Below, piece after piece: positions 22,621-35,732 of a DNA stretch of 46,004 bases. Below the pieces are notes generated by a model. That model was not told where the DNA came from. It saw nothing but the letters and a program-made list of their open reading frames with translations, and ran no database searches. The position numbers and the translations under genes were made by a program. Position 1 is the stretch's first letter, and the number at the start of each line of letters is the position of its first letter. This DNA comes from Octopus bimaculoides. Taxonomy: Eukaryota. The DNA lies in contig NC_068989.1 in NCBI RefSeq assembly GCF_001194135.2, positions 11,309,841 through 11,355,844 of the forward strand, written 5' to 3'.

Positions 22621-23516
22621 CTGGAATACAAATGGAAATATAAAGGGAAATGAATGAATGTATGCCACTTATTGTATGAAAAAACAGTGTGGACAATCCC
22701 TGAGCTTTATTTGAAAATACAAGAATAGGAATTGGTATTATATATCTCCACACAGAGAAATGTATTTGTCTGTGTGTATCTGTACATATGCATACATATA
22801 CACACACAAACATATACATACACACATATATCTATACATACCTATATATATGTGTGTGTGTGTATATAATGTTTGTCTTTATATTGATTCATAATAAAAA
22901 CAATTTAACAACAATAAACTGAAGGATTACTCAATACTTTTTGTAAAAAGTCCATATTTATTATATATTTACGAGAAGAACAGTGATGACAATGGCTTCA
23001 AAGTTTAAGCCGGCTTGATAATTAAAAGAAGGCTAGCAGTGCAAAACTATATTGTAATATATATATATGTATATGTGCGTGTGTGTGTGTGCATACATGC
23101 ATACACAAAGTCAAATTCACTTACATACACACATAAAACGAGCTATTAAGTAGAATTTTCTGGTGAGAGTAACATGATTCCATGTCACAGATCTATAAAA
23201 ATTCGTGGTATTCCATACACCTGTGATATTATGAATCTTTACTGCATACTATATATGGTTGGAGCACTAGTTATGGTTTATCTGAAACAGCTGTTAAGAT
23301 TTTTACTACAAGCCTTTTGTTTATTTGTATGCCTTGTAATTATTTATATTCATTATATTTAATTGTTTATCTGTTTCTTTTATTTATATATACATACACA
23401 CATATCTATATATTTACTTTGTGTGTCCCAATTCTTGAATAGGTCCATCATATCTCTGCATGTTTTTTCAGAGATATGACTATAAGGGTTGACAGCAGGA
23501 AGAGCATCCAACTGTG

Positions 23517-23656
23517 AAATCTTCCACCAAACCTTAGTCAAAATTTATGTTCCTAAAACTATCTGAATGATAACGAAGTTATTTTACTAAATTCTTTGTT
23601 ATATTTAAAGTAATTGAAAGAACATCTCAACAGAAATATGGTAACGAAAGGGTTAA
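23517..23656 (+). mobile_element. TTAA MITE family 2, right-end fragment
   Basis: Ends GTAACGAAAGGG-TTAA. Confidence 0.8.
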
Positions 23657-23679
23657 AATATATAATAGAGAAACAGTTC

Positions 23680-23909
23680 TCAACCCTTTTGATGCCAACC
23701 CAACTGAAACCAGCTCTGGCTCTGTAGTACAAATATCTTATTTTCAAATGTTCTGAATTAAAATCTTCCACCAAACCTCAGTCACATTTTATGTTCCTAA
23801 CACTAGCTGAATGATAACGAAGTTATTTTACTAAATTCTTTGTTATATTTAAAATTAATTGAAAGAAACACAGAACATCTCAAAATAAATACAGTAACGA
23901 AAGGGTTAA
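23680..23909 (+). mobile_element. TTAA MITE family 2, full length
   Basis: TCAA-CCCTTTTGATGC ... GTAACGAAAGGG-TTAA; CCC/GGG termini with TTAA are typical of piggyBac. Confidence 0.8.
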
Positions 23910-24386
23910 AGCATGCAATATAGGCTCAAATTCATATGTAGGATCATGGCTGATATTTTGAGACATTTTTTGGGAAAATATTCATCTTCTCTGTCTTCAA
24001 ATGCAGTTAGCCATTTTAAAGAAAATACATTTATTTTCAAATTTATTTCAAATATGGTTACTAAAATAGAAATATTTTAAGTTTTCATTCTCATTCTTAT
24101 AAATGTTCATTCTCGCATTCATGTGTCTTCATAGACGTTTTTGTTTTTTTTGTTCTTGTTTTGTTTCCATTCTCTATTTCTTATTTTACCTACTTACCTA
24201 GCCAACCAGCCAACCAACCAACCAACCCACAGACCCAACTAACGTATCTCCCTTACCTATGTATTCTACCTACCTACCTTCCTTACCTGTCTATATTTTA
24301 CCTGTGATTTAAAGAATAAATACTAAAATGAAGTGAACTAAAGTAAAATATACCCTTTTTTGTTTCTCTTTGTCTGTAAGAAGAAA

Positions 24387-24423
<37 letters not shown>

Positions 24424-24986
24424 GATAGAAAGAAAGAAGTGGTGTTGGTGTTGGTTTGTGGTGGTGGTGGTTGAGGAGTGGTGGGAGAATAGAAAAGTGA
24501 GAGAGAAAGAAACTCCATACCAATACCTAGCCAGCAATAGATAATGTGACCCAAATACAATGTTTAGAATCACAAGGCAATGACAGAAAACACACACACA
24601 TGTAAATTCATATATATCTATATATATCTATATATATATACACATATATATATATACCTTTATGTGTGTGTACGTATACATACATACACTGTGGTATCAA
24701 AAAAAAAATGGAAAGTAACATGCAAATTTCATTGCCTTCAAACACCCCTTTGCTTCCACCCCACCTGCTACCCCGCTTTCTGTCTATATTTCTGTATTCT
24801 TTTATTATTATTATTATTATTATTTATTATTATTATTATTATTATTATTGTCATTTTATCTTTTTTCTTTTTGCTGTTGTTGTTGTTGTTGTTGTTGTTC
24901 TTTATCAAGATTCATCCAGGTGAAACTTGTTGCTACCTTGTTTTCAATAGAGAATTTCTCTTCTCTCTCTCTCTCTCTCTCTCTCT

Positions 24987-25407
24987 NNNNNNNNNNNNNN
25001 NNNNNNNNNNNNNNNNNNNNNNNNNNNNNNNNNNNNNNNNNNNNNNNNNNNNNNNNNNNNNNNNNNNNNNNNNNNNNNNNNNNNNNNNNNNNNNNNNNNN
25101 NNNNNNNNNNNNNNNNNNNNNNNNNNNNNNNNNNNNNNNNNNNNNNNNNNNNNNNNNNNNNNNNNNNNNNNNNNNNNNNNNNNNNNNNNNNNNNNNNNNN
25201 NNNNNNNNNNNNNNNNNNNNNNNNNNNNNNNNNNNNNNNNNNNNNNNNNNNNNNNNNNNNNNNNNNNNNNNNNNNNNNNNNNNNNNNNNNNNNNNNNNNN
25301 NNNNNNNNNNNNNNNNNNNNNNNNNNNNNNNNNNNNNNNNNNNNNNNNNNNNNNNNNNNNNNNNNNNNNNNNNNNNNNNNNNNNNNNNNNNNNNNNNNNN
25401 NNNNNNA
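24987..25407. other. Assembly gap
   Basis: N run between (CT)n and (CA)n. Confidence 1.
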
Positions 25408-25592
25408 CACACACACACACACACACATGCTATATCTTGCTCTTTCTTACATTTTCTCCTTCCCCCCCGCACCTCAACCCCCTCTCTGCTCTACCGTTTC
25501 ACATGCTTTTTTTTTTCTTTTATTCTTTCACTTTCATGCTGTTGCAAATTTTCTGTTCAAAAAAAGTTATTTGTTTTATTTATACATGACTT

Positions 25593-26010
25593 GAATTTCA
25601 GGTTGATTTCCGAAATATGTTCACAAAAAAAATATATTTTTTTTTGTATTTACATATTAACCTATGAAAATTCTTTCATTCTGTCTGTCTTTTTGTTTGT
25701 TTTCCTTTTTTCTTTTTTTAACTTGTAAGCATTAGCATTAATTTTTGTCGTTTTTCTCTTTTTTTTTGTTTTTGTTTTTGAAGACTTCAGTTTTCATTTT
25801 TGTTAATTTAATTCTTATACTATCAGAGAATCTAGAAATGAAAATAAATGTGCCATTTTTTAAAAAAAGGCTTACTCTATTTGATGGCATATAAAGACAC
25901 TTTTTGTCTCAGAAAAATGGAAAGAATCAAAGAATTTTCATAGGGTAATATGTAAAAAAAAAAAATATATATTTTTTTGTGAACATATTTCAGAAATCAA
26001 CCTGAAATTC
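25593..26010. repeat. ~90-bp inverted repeat arms (25593-25682, 25923-26010) with 240-nt spacer
   Basis: GAATTTCAGGTTGATTTCCGAAATATGTTCAC... versus ...GTGAACATATTTCAGAAATCAACCTGAAATTC. Confidence 0.9.
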
Positions 26011-26053
26011 GGTTCCTATCTGCAAAATTGGGCCTGCTTATATTATATATTAT

Positions 26054-26188
26054 GCCAGGTCTGTCTGACTGGCTCCCGTGTCGGTGGCGCGTAAAAAACA
26101 CCATTCGGACATGGCCGATGCCAGTACCCTTCAATCAAACTGTCCAACCCATGCCAGCATGGAAAGCAGACGTTAAATGATGATGATG
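26054..26188 (+). mobile_element. Family F, internally deleted
   Basis: Match to F head and (GAT)n tail. Confidence 0.75.
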
Positions 26189-26689
26189 AAAGCACTCAAA
26201 CCCTTTTCCTGAAATTGGGCTGTGTTTGATGTGCCTTTAATTATGGTATATTTCTCTTTGCCATTGTTGTTGTTGTTGTTGTTGTTATCATGAAGCACAC
26301 ACCCCTCGCCCACACACAGATCCATCAGTCCTCATCTGGAATACCTCTAATCAAAGGTGTGTTCCAGCTGCAAGCATCTCACCTTTTGTTTCTTTCAAAC
26401 ACAAGTGTATCTAGGACTACATCATTTAGCATGTTCTCGAGTAAGGTCTTCCTATAAGAGGTTATCTGTTATGTAAAATACCTCCAGGTGTCTTTCGAAA
26501 TTTGTAAGGACCAGTTCCATCTTGATATGGCACTAGGATGTAGTGGTGCCTGGTGGTTGCTACCATTTTTTTCTTCTTTCTTTCATGTAGTATTGGTAGT
26601 GAAAGAATTAGGGCCATCCTTTGTTGTTCTCTTCATTTAACTGATTTTCAAAGGGAGAAAGGAGAGAGACTGGTACTTTATTTATTTTG

Positions 26690-26842
26690 GCATTGGGAAG
26701 GCATCTAGCCACAGAACCAAAACCATGCCAAAGCAAGCATTCGATGGAACACAGTGCAGTCCTTGGTCCCTTCAGATCCTGTCAAACCATTTAATTCTTA
26801 CCAACATGAAATATGGATGATGATGATGATGATGATGGTGAT
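26690..26842 (+). mobile_element. Family F-like, diverged
   Basis: GGAAGGCATCTAGCC...(GAT)n. Confidence 0.6.
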
Positions 26843-27551
26843 GGTGTGTATATGTTTGTGTGTCTGTGTTTGTCCCCCCAACATCGCTTGACAATCAATA
26901 GTGGTGTGTTTACGTCCCCGTAACTTAGCGCGGTTCAGCAAAAGAGACCGATAGAATAAGTACTAGGCTTAAAAAGAATAAGTCCTGGGGTCGATTTTCT
27001 CGATGGTGATGATGATGATGATGATGACAGCCTTTTCATGTGTAGGATTTGAACTTTGGATGAAGAAGAGGGGGGGGTAGAATTTCTCCCCACCCCTCCA
27101 AAAAAATAGAAAAGAAAAAACAGACAAATACTGCCAAGCATTCTATAAAATGCTGTAGAACAACACTGCTGATTAGCTTCCTTATGACAATGATGATGAT
27201 GATGATGACGGCAATCTATTCTGTGCCAACCGTACAGATTTATAACTAACTCACTGTCACTAGAATCTTCTTTTCTATTCAGTTCAATATCGCCGAGTCA
27301 TTTCTTCTACTATAGTTACGGGTTGGGTGTCCTAACAAAAGCAAAAATTTAAATCTATAAAAGAAAAAATGAAAATAAAACTGAAGAAGATCTAAAATAG
27401 CTCAAACAGGTATTTTACAGCCAAGTTACCTTATTTATAAGACAAACCACTCAACTATAAAATTGTTGTATTAGAATGTATATGATATAGTGTAAGGAAG
27501 TGTGTGGAGGTTCACACATGCACATACATACTGTGCATAACATCTTGGGCA

Positions 27552-27963
27552 TACTCTTTTACTTGTTTTAGTCATTTGACTGCGGCCTTGCTGGAGCACC
27601 GCCTTTAGTCGAGCAAATCGACCCCAGGACTTATTCTTTGTAAGCCTAGTACTTATGCCATCGGTCTGTTTTGCCGAACCGCTAAGTGACGGGGACATAA
27701 ACATACCACCTTCGGTTGTCAAGCGATGTTGGGAGACAAACACAGACACACAAACACAGACACACAAACACACACACACACATATATATATACATATATA
27801 CGACGGGCTTCTTTCAGTTTCCATCTACCAAATCCACTCACAAGGCTTTGGCCAGCCCGAGGCTATAGTAGAAGACACTTGCCCAAGGTGCCACGCAGTG
27901 GGACTGAACCCAGAACCATGTGGTTGGTAAGCAAGCTACTTACCACACAGCCACTCCTGCGCC
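27552..27963 (-). mobile_element. SINE family A, full length, 23-bp perfect TSD
   Basis: TACTGTGCATAACATCTTGGGCA at 27529-27551 and 27964-27986. Confidence 0.96.
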
Positions 27964-28546
27964 TACTGTGCATAACATCTTGGGCAGGTGTCATTTTTTT
28001 ATAGCCTTGGATTGTGGTCACTTCTGAATGAAATTAAAGTCAGAGAGAGAGTGTGAGGGGGGGGGCGGTTCTTGGAAGACAGAATGAAGCTTTCTTATAA
28101 GATAGATTAAGGCTTTCAATCAAGAGGTGATCTATGATGTGGAATACCTCCAGGTGACTTAGGGGATTTTTAAGGACCAGTTCTTGGTACTGTCGTGATT
28201 CTTTTCTTTCTTCCTTTTTAAATTAACTGGTTGAATGACTGTGTAACATATTCTATTGCTAGTTCTTAACATGGACAGTCACACCCCCTTGGGGTTCTTT
28301 GTAAGGTCACAAGGTGGTGGGGCAGCAAGTATCAAGAGGGTGTTGTGGGAGGCACTATATTTAGAACTACATTATCCAAGGTGTTATTTTTTGAAAGTCT
28401 GTAGCAGATGATTTAAGGGAAACTTAGCTGCTATTTCTAGCAGGCCTTAAGTTTGCTGAGAGCAGGCCTGGCTAACTCGAATTACATTGTGGGCCACTTT
28501 AATCACAGAGAGTTTTTTGAGGGCCACTTGTATGCTTTATGCACTG

Positions 28547-28876
28547 AGAGACCACCTTCGGTCATCACTGACCATGGGATTGTACCTAGAAAGTTACCCT
28601 CTCAGGCACAAGTCCGAGCAAGGATCTTTATGGAAAACCAGCAGTCACCCATGCATACCAGCCTCCCCTCTCCACGCCACCAGTGTTATCCAAGGAAAAG
28701 GCAAAGGGGCCGATACAGCTTGGCACCTGTGGCATCGCAACTCATTTCTACAGCTGAGTGAACTGGAGCGAAGTGAAATAAAATGTCTTGCTCAAGAACA
28801 CAACATGCATCCCGGTCTGGGATTCGAACTCACAACCTCGCGATCGTAAACTCGACGCTCTAACCACTGAGCCATA
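28547..28876 (-). mobile_element. SINE family C
   Basis: Reverse of 1669 copy. Confidence 0.9.
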
Positions 28877-29076
28877 CACTAATAGTCAAATAATCAAATT
28901 ACAGAATCAAGAATTTTCCATACTTTTCGTTTGTTTAGAATTATAAAATTATAAAGCTATTGCTTTATTGTCACTTATAAATTTTAAATTTATTTCGAAA
29001 CAAATGTTTCACCCAAACAATTTTATTTTGAAATTAAACACAATAAAGAGGTTACCCATTTCAAGAAAGTACCAAG

Positions 29077-29140
29077 TGGGCTGCAAGATAAAAGTCTGCA
29101 GGCCGCATGTGGCCCATGGGCCTTGGGTTAGCCAGCCCTG
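29077..29140 (+). mobile_element. Possible hAT/Charlie-like MITE end
   Basis: GGCCGCATGTGGCCCATGGGCC...CCCTG resembles Charlie-type subterminal motifs (recall only). Confidence 0.35.
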
Positions 29141-29451
29141 GTGTAGAGTCTCCTTTGCTGTTGCTAACCATAAAATGAATGCGGAACTATATTAGTTCTG
29201 GGTTGCAAGATAATTCATGAACATCCCCATGTCTGTCATTTCTTTCTTGGCATTCACAATCTCAGTAAGAAATATGTTTTGTCACTATTTTTTTTAAAGT
29301 TTACCTGTATTTTTTTTATTGTTGTCAAAGGAAGATTATTTAGTTACCAAGTTATACAAAAGTGGTTGGTTATAGCACTATGCTGTTGCTGTTCCTAAAT
29401 GTTTTTTTTTTTAATCTCCTTTGACCCCTATCTGTTAAAATTTGATTACAT

Positions 29452-29682
29452 AGGCGCAGGAGTGGCTGTGTGGTAAGTAGCTTGCTTACCAACCACATGG
29501 TTCTGGGTTCAGTCCCACTGCGTGGCATCTTGGGCAAGTGTCTTCCACTATAGCCTCAGGCCGACGAAAGCCTTGTGAGTGGAGTTGGTTTACGGAAACT
29601 GAAAGAAGCCCGTCGTATATATGTATATATATATGTTTGTGTGTGTGTATATGTTTGTGTGTCTGTCTTTGCCCCCCCCCCC
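29452..29682 (+). mobile_element. SINE family A, 5' half
   Basis: Near-consensus head. Confidence 0.9.
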
Positions 29683-29687
29683 ACACC

Positions 29688-30220
29688 ATCAACTTAATCC
29701 TTTTGTCCTTGTTTGTCCCTTTTGTGTTTAGCCCCTTGTGGGCAGTAAAGAAATAAGAAATGTTAGCATGCAGGGCAAAATGCTTAGTGGTATTTCATCT
29801 GGTGTTACGTTCTGAGTTCAAATTCCGCTGAGGTTGAATTTGCCTTTCATCCTTTCGGGGTCGATAAATTAAGTACCAGTTACGCACTGGGGTCAATGTA
29901 ATCGACTTAATCCCTTTGTCCTTGTTTGTCCCTTTCGTGTTTAGCCCCTTGTGGGCTAAATCGACTTAATTCCTTTGACTGTCGTTGTTTGTCCCCTCTA
30001 TGTTTAGCCCCTTGTGGACAATAAAAAAATAAGAATCGTTAGCACGTCGGGGGCGAAATGCTAAGCGGTATTTCATTAGTCTTTACGTTCTGAGTTCAAA
30101 TTCCACCAAGGTCGACTTTGCCTTTCATCCTTTCGGGGCTGATAAATTAAGTAGCAGTTATGTACTGGGGTTGATCTAATCGGCTGCACTCATCCCCCAA
30201 AATTTCAGGCTTTGTGCCTA
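29688..30220 (+). mobile_element. SINE family B array with duplicated tail
   Basis: Tail, unit, extra tail, unit. Confidence 0.88.
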
Positions 30221-30463
30221 NNNNNNNNNNNNNNNNNNNNNNNNNNNNNNNNNNNNNNNNNNNNNNNNNNNNNNNNNNNNNNNNNNNNNNNNNNNNNNNN
30301 NNNNNNNNNNNNNNNNNNNNNNNNNNNNNNNNNNNNNNNNNNNNNNNNNNNNNNNNNNNNNNNNNNNNNNNNNNNNNNNNNNNNNNNNNNNNNNNNNNNN
30401 NNNNNNNNNNNNNNNNNNNNNNNNNNNNNNNNNNNNNNNNNNNNNNNNNNNNNNNNNNNNNNN
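30221..30463. other. Assembly gap
   Basis: N run. Confidence 1.
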
Positions 30464-30520
<57 letters not shown>

Positions 30521-30992
30521 GTTAAGCTGTTTTGCAAAACAAAAACAAAAACAAAACGAAAAAAAGTTGTCAAACTTCTAACCATTTTTGGGATTATCTA
30601 ATCAGCAAGTTCTTTGATTAATTAATTCAGACCAAAATAGAATTAAGAAAACAAGAGCTTTTCTTATTGTCTGGACAATTAGATTGTTTTCATTAAAATC
30701 TTCTTACTTGGGAAACAGAAACTGCATTATGAAGACAAAAGGCAACGCCGGTCAGATATTTCCTATCAACATTTCCTATCATCATCATCATCACCACCAC
30801 CAGCAGCAGCAGCAGCAGCAGCAATAGTAACAACAACATTATTGGATTTCTCTTTGTTTGATGCAGTTGCTCTACACCAATGGTCCCTAACAAAGGTCCA
30901 CAAGACCCTTGCTGAGGGTCCGCATAATGTTTTGTTGTTAAAGTTTATGAGCAATAAATTAATTGTATACTTCTACTGTAGGTGTGGCTGTT

Positions 30993-31157
30993 AGGCGCAG
31001 GAGTGGCTGTGTGGTAAGAAGCTTGCTTCCCAAACACATGGCTCTGGGTTCAGTCCCACTAGGTGGCACCTTGGGCAAGTGTCTTCTACTATAGACTCGT
31101 GCTGACCAAAGGCTTGTGAGTACATTTGGTAGACAGAAACTGAAAAGAAGCCCGTTA

Positions 31158-31193
<36 letters not shown>

Positions 31194-31420
31194 CATACAG
31201 GTGCAGGCATGGCTGTGTGGTAAGTAGCTTGCTTACCGACCACATGGTTCCGGGTTCAATCCCACTGTGTGGCACCTTGGGCAAGTGTCTTCTACTATAG
31301 CCTCGGGCTGACGAAAGACTTGTGAATTGATTTGGTAGATGGAAACTGATAGAAGCCCTATGTTCGACTAAAGGCGGTGCTCCAACATGGCTGCAGTCAA
31401 ATTGACTGAAACAAATAAAA
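30993..31420 (+). mobile_element. Two tandem SINE family A heads; second one internally deleted
   Basis: Heads at 30993 and ~31200. Confidence 0.85.
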
Positions 31421-31439
31421 AAATATATATATTTATCTA

Positions 31440-31790
31440 TCTTCTATTTGTTTTATTCATTGGGCCACAGTAGAGCATTGTTTTGAAGGGTGTAGTCAAA
31501 GAAACTGATCCCAAAACTTATTCTATCAATCTTTTTTGCTGTGCTTCTAACTTACGGGGACAAATAAATTGGCGCTTGTCATCAGTTGGTCATAGGGGAC
31601 AAACATAACACAAATACAAAAAAGACACACACACGACAGGCTTCCATAGAATTTCTGTCTACCAGAGTCACTTACATGCATTGGTCAACCTGAGGCTATT
31701 GTGAAAAACACTTGCCCAAGGCATCAATGAATTAGGATTGAACTTGAAACCCACATGTTTGCAAAACAAGTTTCTTAACTGCACCTGTGT
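31440..31790 (-). mobile_element. Old SINE family A-like copy
   Basis: Diverged match. Confidence 0.6.
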
Positions 31791-32151
31791 GTGTGTGTGT
31801 GTGTGTCTGAGATAGGGGGAGAGAGAGAACAATACCTTATTGGTAACAAAGTTAATTAAAACATTAAAGCATTTCAACTTTTATGGGTTTTAGAAAGTTG
31901 AATTTTACCCCTAAAAGAGTGGAAAAAAACCTCCCCATATTCCTTTTTTCGTTTTATTCTTCTATATTCTATACATTCCTTTGGACCACTGAAAGTATTT
32001 TTCCAAGGAAATAACAAACCTGTGATAGTTGTTTATTTAATTCTAAGTTACTCATGCATGTGTAGGTGTAAAGGTGAGGCTTAACATATTTGTCATCATG
32101 TGCTTTAGAATTGAGAGCACTTCCAGATATCAAACCACAACTTTTCAGAGC

Positions 32152-32154
<3 letters not shown>

Positions 32155-32232
<78 letters not shown>
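32155..32232. repeat. (GT)n microsatellite
   Basis: Direct. Confidence 0.98.
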
Positions 32233-32233
<1 letters not shown>

Positions 32234-32479
32234 GTTCATTTTGTTTGTTTTTACATCTGGACTTTCTATACCAGCATGGGTTAGATGAATGCATTATCGA
32301 GGCAGTGCTTTACAGTTAGATGCTCATCCTGTCATCAACACTTAACTGTGTCCCCTGCCACCCCTGTAAGGGATTTTTTATTTCACACGTCTCTGAAGAT
32401 GTATAGCCTCTGGACAATTAGTTAACGGGAGGAATAACAAATAGTTTCACCACTTGTTGCTTGCAGTATTTGGAGAATA

Positions 32480-32755
32480 TGCGAAAAAACACACACACAC
32501 ACACACACATGTATGTATATACACACACGCATCTGTATACATATGCACACATACACACACACACATACTCATACGTATATACACACACAAGGTGGGCTTC
32601 TTCCAGCCAGTGTCTGCCTACAAAATTCTTTTACAAGGCTTTTCATTATTTGGGGCTAAAGTAGAAGACACTTGTCTAAGATATCGTGCCATGAGATTGA
32701 ACCTGAAAGCATGTGGTTGGAAGCAAATTTCTTAAACACACAGCCATGTCTGTGC
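32480..32755 (-). mobile_element. Old SINE family A-like 5' half
   Basis: Diverged match. Confidence 0.65.
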
Positions 32756-32756
32756 C

Positions 32757-32797
<41 letters not shown>

Positions 32798-33009
32798 TAT
32801 ATGTGCATGTATGTGTGTGTATTTAATATTTAGGTGTATGTCTGTCTCTCTCTTTCTTCATCATTTATGTATTATATTCTCAATTAGCAAAAAATGACAA
32901 TTCCTAATTGTGCTTGCTAGATTTCAAGTCAGTCAGTACAAAGATAAAAAAATAATATAATCTCCACTCTTCCTCCTCTTCCTCCTCATTCATCTTCACT
33001 TTATTCATT

Positions 33010-33171
33010 TTTCCACAAGGGCAGTGATTTTAGGGGAGTGGAGGAGTCAATTACATTGATCCCAGTGTTCAGCTAGTACTCACTTTATTGGACCCGAAAG
33101 GATGAAAGGTGGAATTTGAACTCCTGGCACACTAATGATTCTATCAGCTCATCACCCTAATAATAACAATG

Positions 33172-33220
<49 letters not shown>

Positions 33221-33300
33221 TCCTTTCTGTTAAAGGCACAAGACCTGAAATTTCGGGGACTTGTCACTTATATCAACCCCTGTGCTCTACTAGTATTGTT
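33010..33300 (-). mobile_element. Degenerate family B fragments around (AAT)n
   Basis: GAAAGGATGAAAGG and GGCACAAGACCTGAAATTT motifs. Confidence 0.6.
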
Positions 33301-33610
33301 TCATTGACTCTTAAAAATATGAAAGAAAATAACCAGAGCAGAATTGGGTTTTTTTTTATTATAGAAGAACTTTAAGAAGAGAAGGTGGAAGTGGTCAGAA
33401 GGTGCTGGAAAGTGATAAAAAAAATAATGATGGTGTGGTGTCAACAGTATGGTCCTTCAGAGTATGAAGGTGGGTAGGAAAAAGGGTGGGACGATGGCGT
33501 CAGAAATGAGTAGGGGATGTCTGGTTGTGTGGAGTAGCAGAAATAGTAATAATGATACAGTAAATAGAAGGATGAAAGACAAACAGACAGAGAAAGGGTG
33601 ATGATGTAAT

Positions 33611-33993
33611 TGTTGGCACTCCGTCGCTTATGACGTCGAGGGTTCCAGTTGATCTGATCAACGGAATAGCCTGCTCTTGGAATTAACGTGCAAGTGGCTG
33701 AGCACTCCACAGACACGTGTACCCTTAATGTAGTTCTCAGGGATATTCAGCGTGACACAGTGTGACAAGGCTGACCCTTTTGAATTACAGGCACAACAGA
33801 AACAGGAAGTAAGAGTGAGAGAAAGTTGTGGTGGAAGAGTACAGCAGGGTTTGCCACCATCCCCTGCCGGAGCCTCGTCGAGCTTTAGGTGTTTTCGCTC
33901 AATAAACACTCACAACGCCCGGTCTGGGAATCGAAACTGCGATCCTATGACCGCGAGTCTGCTGCCCTAACCACTGGGCCATTGCGCCTCCAC
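33611..33993 (-). mobile_element. SINE family D, full length, 11-bp TSD GATGATGTAAT
   Basis: TSD at 33600-33610 and 33994-34004. Confidence 0.93.
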
Positions 33994-34490
33994 GATGATG
34001 TAATATATATAATAAAAAAGCAAAGGTGGTTGGAATTGCTATGAAATAAGGCTCAGTGTATCCTAGCCCCCATCCATCCTCCATTCCAGGCGCTATTTCC
34101 TCTCCCAGCTGCGCCCTCCAGGCAGAAATAAATCACCGGCGCTTTCTCACACACTCTAATTTTCCCACTTGTAACCTACCCAGTAGGTCTAAACTTATCT
34201 GCACAATATCATATTGAACAGGATTAGTGATAGGTGGCGAGGGAGCATTCTCAAAGACATTCAGAACATTCTTTATTGACTAAGGATTGTCATAGTTGCA
34301 TGTTGTTTTAGAATATTCTTTTATCAGATTAACTTTCACACCGATTTAGTTGAAATGTAATCAAATATAAAGACTAGAATTTGAGAAGACTGATGATGAT
34401 CATATACATTGGCAATTTAACCTACCTCATTTTTAGTTTTTAGTTCAGAGGTAATATTGTCTCCAGTGTTGCATGATCTGAACTTCAAGT

Positions 34491-35100
34491 AGGTGCAGGC
34501 ATGGCTGTGCGGTAAGATAATTGCTTCCCGATCACATGGTTTCAGGTTCAGTCCCACAGTGTTGCACCTTTGGCAAGTGTCTTCTTTTTTTTTATTGCCC
34601 ACAAGGGGCTACACACAGAGGGGACAAACAAGGACAGACAAACGGATTAAGTCGATTATATCGACCCCAGTGCATAACTGGTACTTAATTTATCGACCCC
34701 GAAAGGATGAAAGGCAAAGTTGACCTCGGCGGGATTTGAACTCAGAACGTAACGGCAGACGAAATACTGCTATGCATTTCGCCCGGCGTGCTAACGATTC
34801 TGCCAGCTCGCCGCCTTTGGCAAGTGTCTTCTACTATTGCCTCGGACTAACCAAAGGCTTGTGAGTGGGTATAAATGGTTAAAACTGAAAGCAGCCCATT
34901 GTAACTATCTGTGTGTGCATTCATGTGTTTTGTCTCCTACCACTACTTGACAACCAGTGTTGATGTGTTTATTTCCCCATAACCTAGCAGTTTGGCAAAT
35001 GGGGACCAATAAAATAAATACTCGGCTTTAAAAAAAAAAAGTACTAGGGTTGATTTATTCCACTAAAATTCTTCAAAGTAGTACCCCAGTATGGCCACAA
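34491..35100 (+). mobile_element. SINE family A-like host split by a B insertion
   Basis: A sequence resumes at 34814. Confidence 0.8.
34586..34813 (-). mobile_element. SINE family B, full length, 17-19-bp TSD
   Basis: CCTTTGGCAAGTGTCTTCT at 34567-34585 and 34814-34832. Confidence 0.93.
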
Positions 35101-35287
35101 AAAGGTGTAAATTCCTATCGGGGACTGAGGAACATAGAATGAAATTCAAAAGTAGCTTTCAGCTATAGGCATAGGAATGGCTGTGATTAAGAAGTAACGG
35201 TTATGGTTGCTTTAATTGATCTCCAGATCCATATTCTATTGGCAAAGTTGCAAAAAACACAATGGTTTTCAATTGTATTTATTTAAA

Positions 35288-35694
35288 GTAGTGTGGTTTA
35301 GAAGCTCGTTTTGTAATCATGTGGTTTCATGGTTCAGCTTCACCACATGGTACTTTTGTGAAGTGTCTTTTATTATAGCCCTGATCCAACCAATGCCTTG
35401 TGAGTGAATTTGGTAGACAGAAACTGTGAGGAAGCCTGGCAGAAACATTAGCATGCCAGGCGAAATGCTTAGCGGTATTTCGTCTGCCGCTACGTTCTGA
35501 GTTCAAATTCCGTCGAGGTCGACTTTGCCTTTCATCCTTTCGGGGTCAATTAAATAAGTACCAGTTACGCACTGGGGTCGATATAATCGACTTAATCCCT
35601 TTGTCTGTCCTTGTTTGTCCCCTCTGTGTGTAGCCCCTTGTGGGCAGTAAAGAAATAGGAAACTGTGTGAAGCCTGTTGTGTACACACACTCAT

Positions 35695-35732
<38 letters not shown>

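Noticed and set aside
23174-23362. IKIRGIPYT resembling a quasi-RRM motif
   Set aside because: No further domain similarity and no convincing splice sites.
26526-26550. TATGGCACT miR-183/263-like seed
   Set aside because: Only the seed matches and there is no pre-miRNA-length hairpin.
11027-30601. Long ORFs of 100-380 aa full of X
   Set aside because: They span N gaps and are artefacts.
4534-31284. Recurring peptides such as RRASFSFRLPNPLTRLWSARGYSRRHLPK and VEDTCPRCHAVGLNPEPCGW
   Set aside because: Chance open frames of SINE family A copies, not a gene family.
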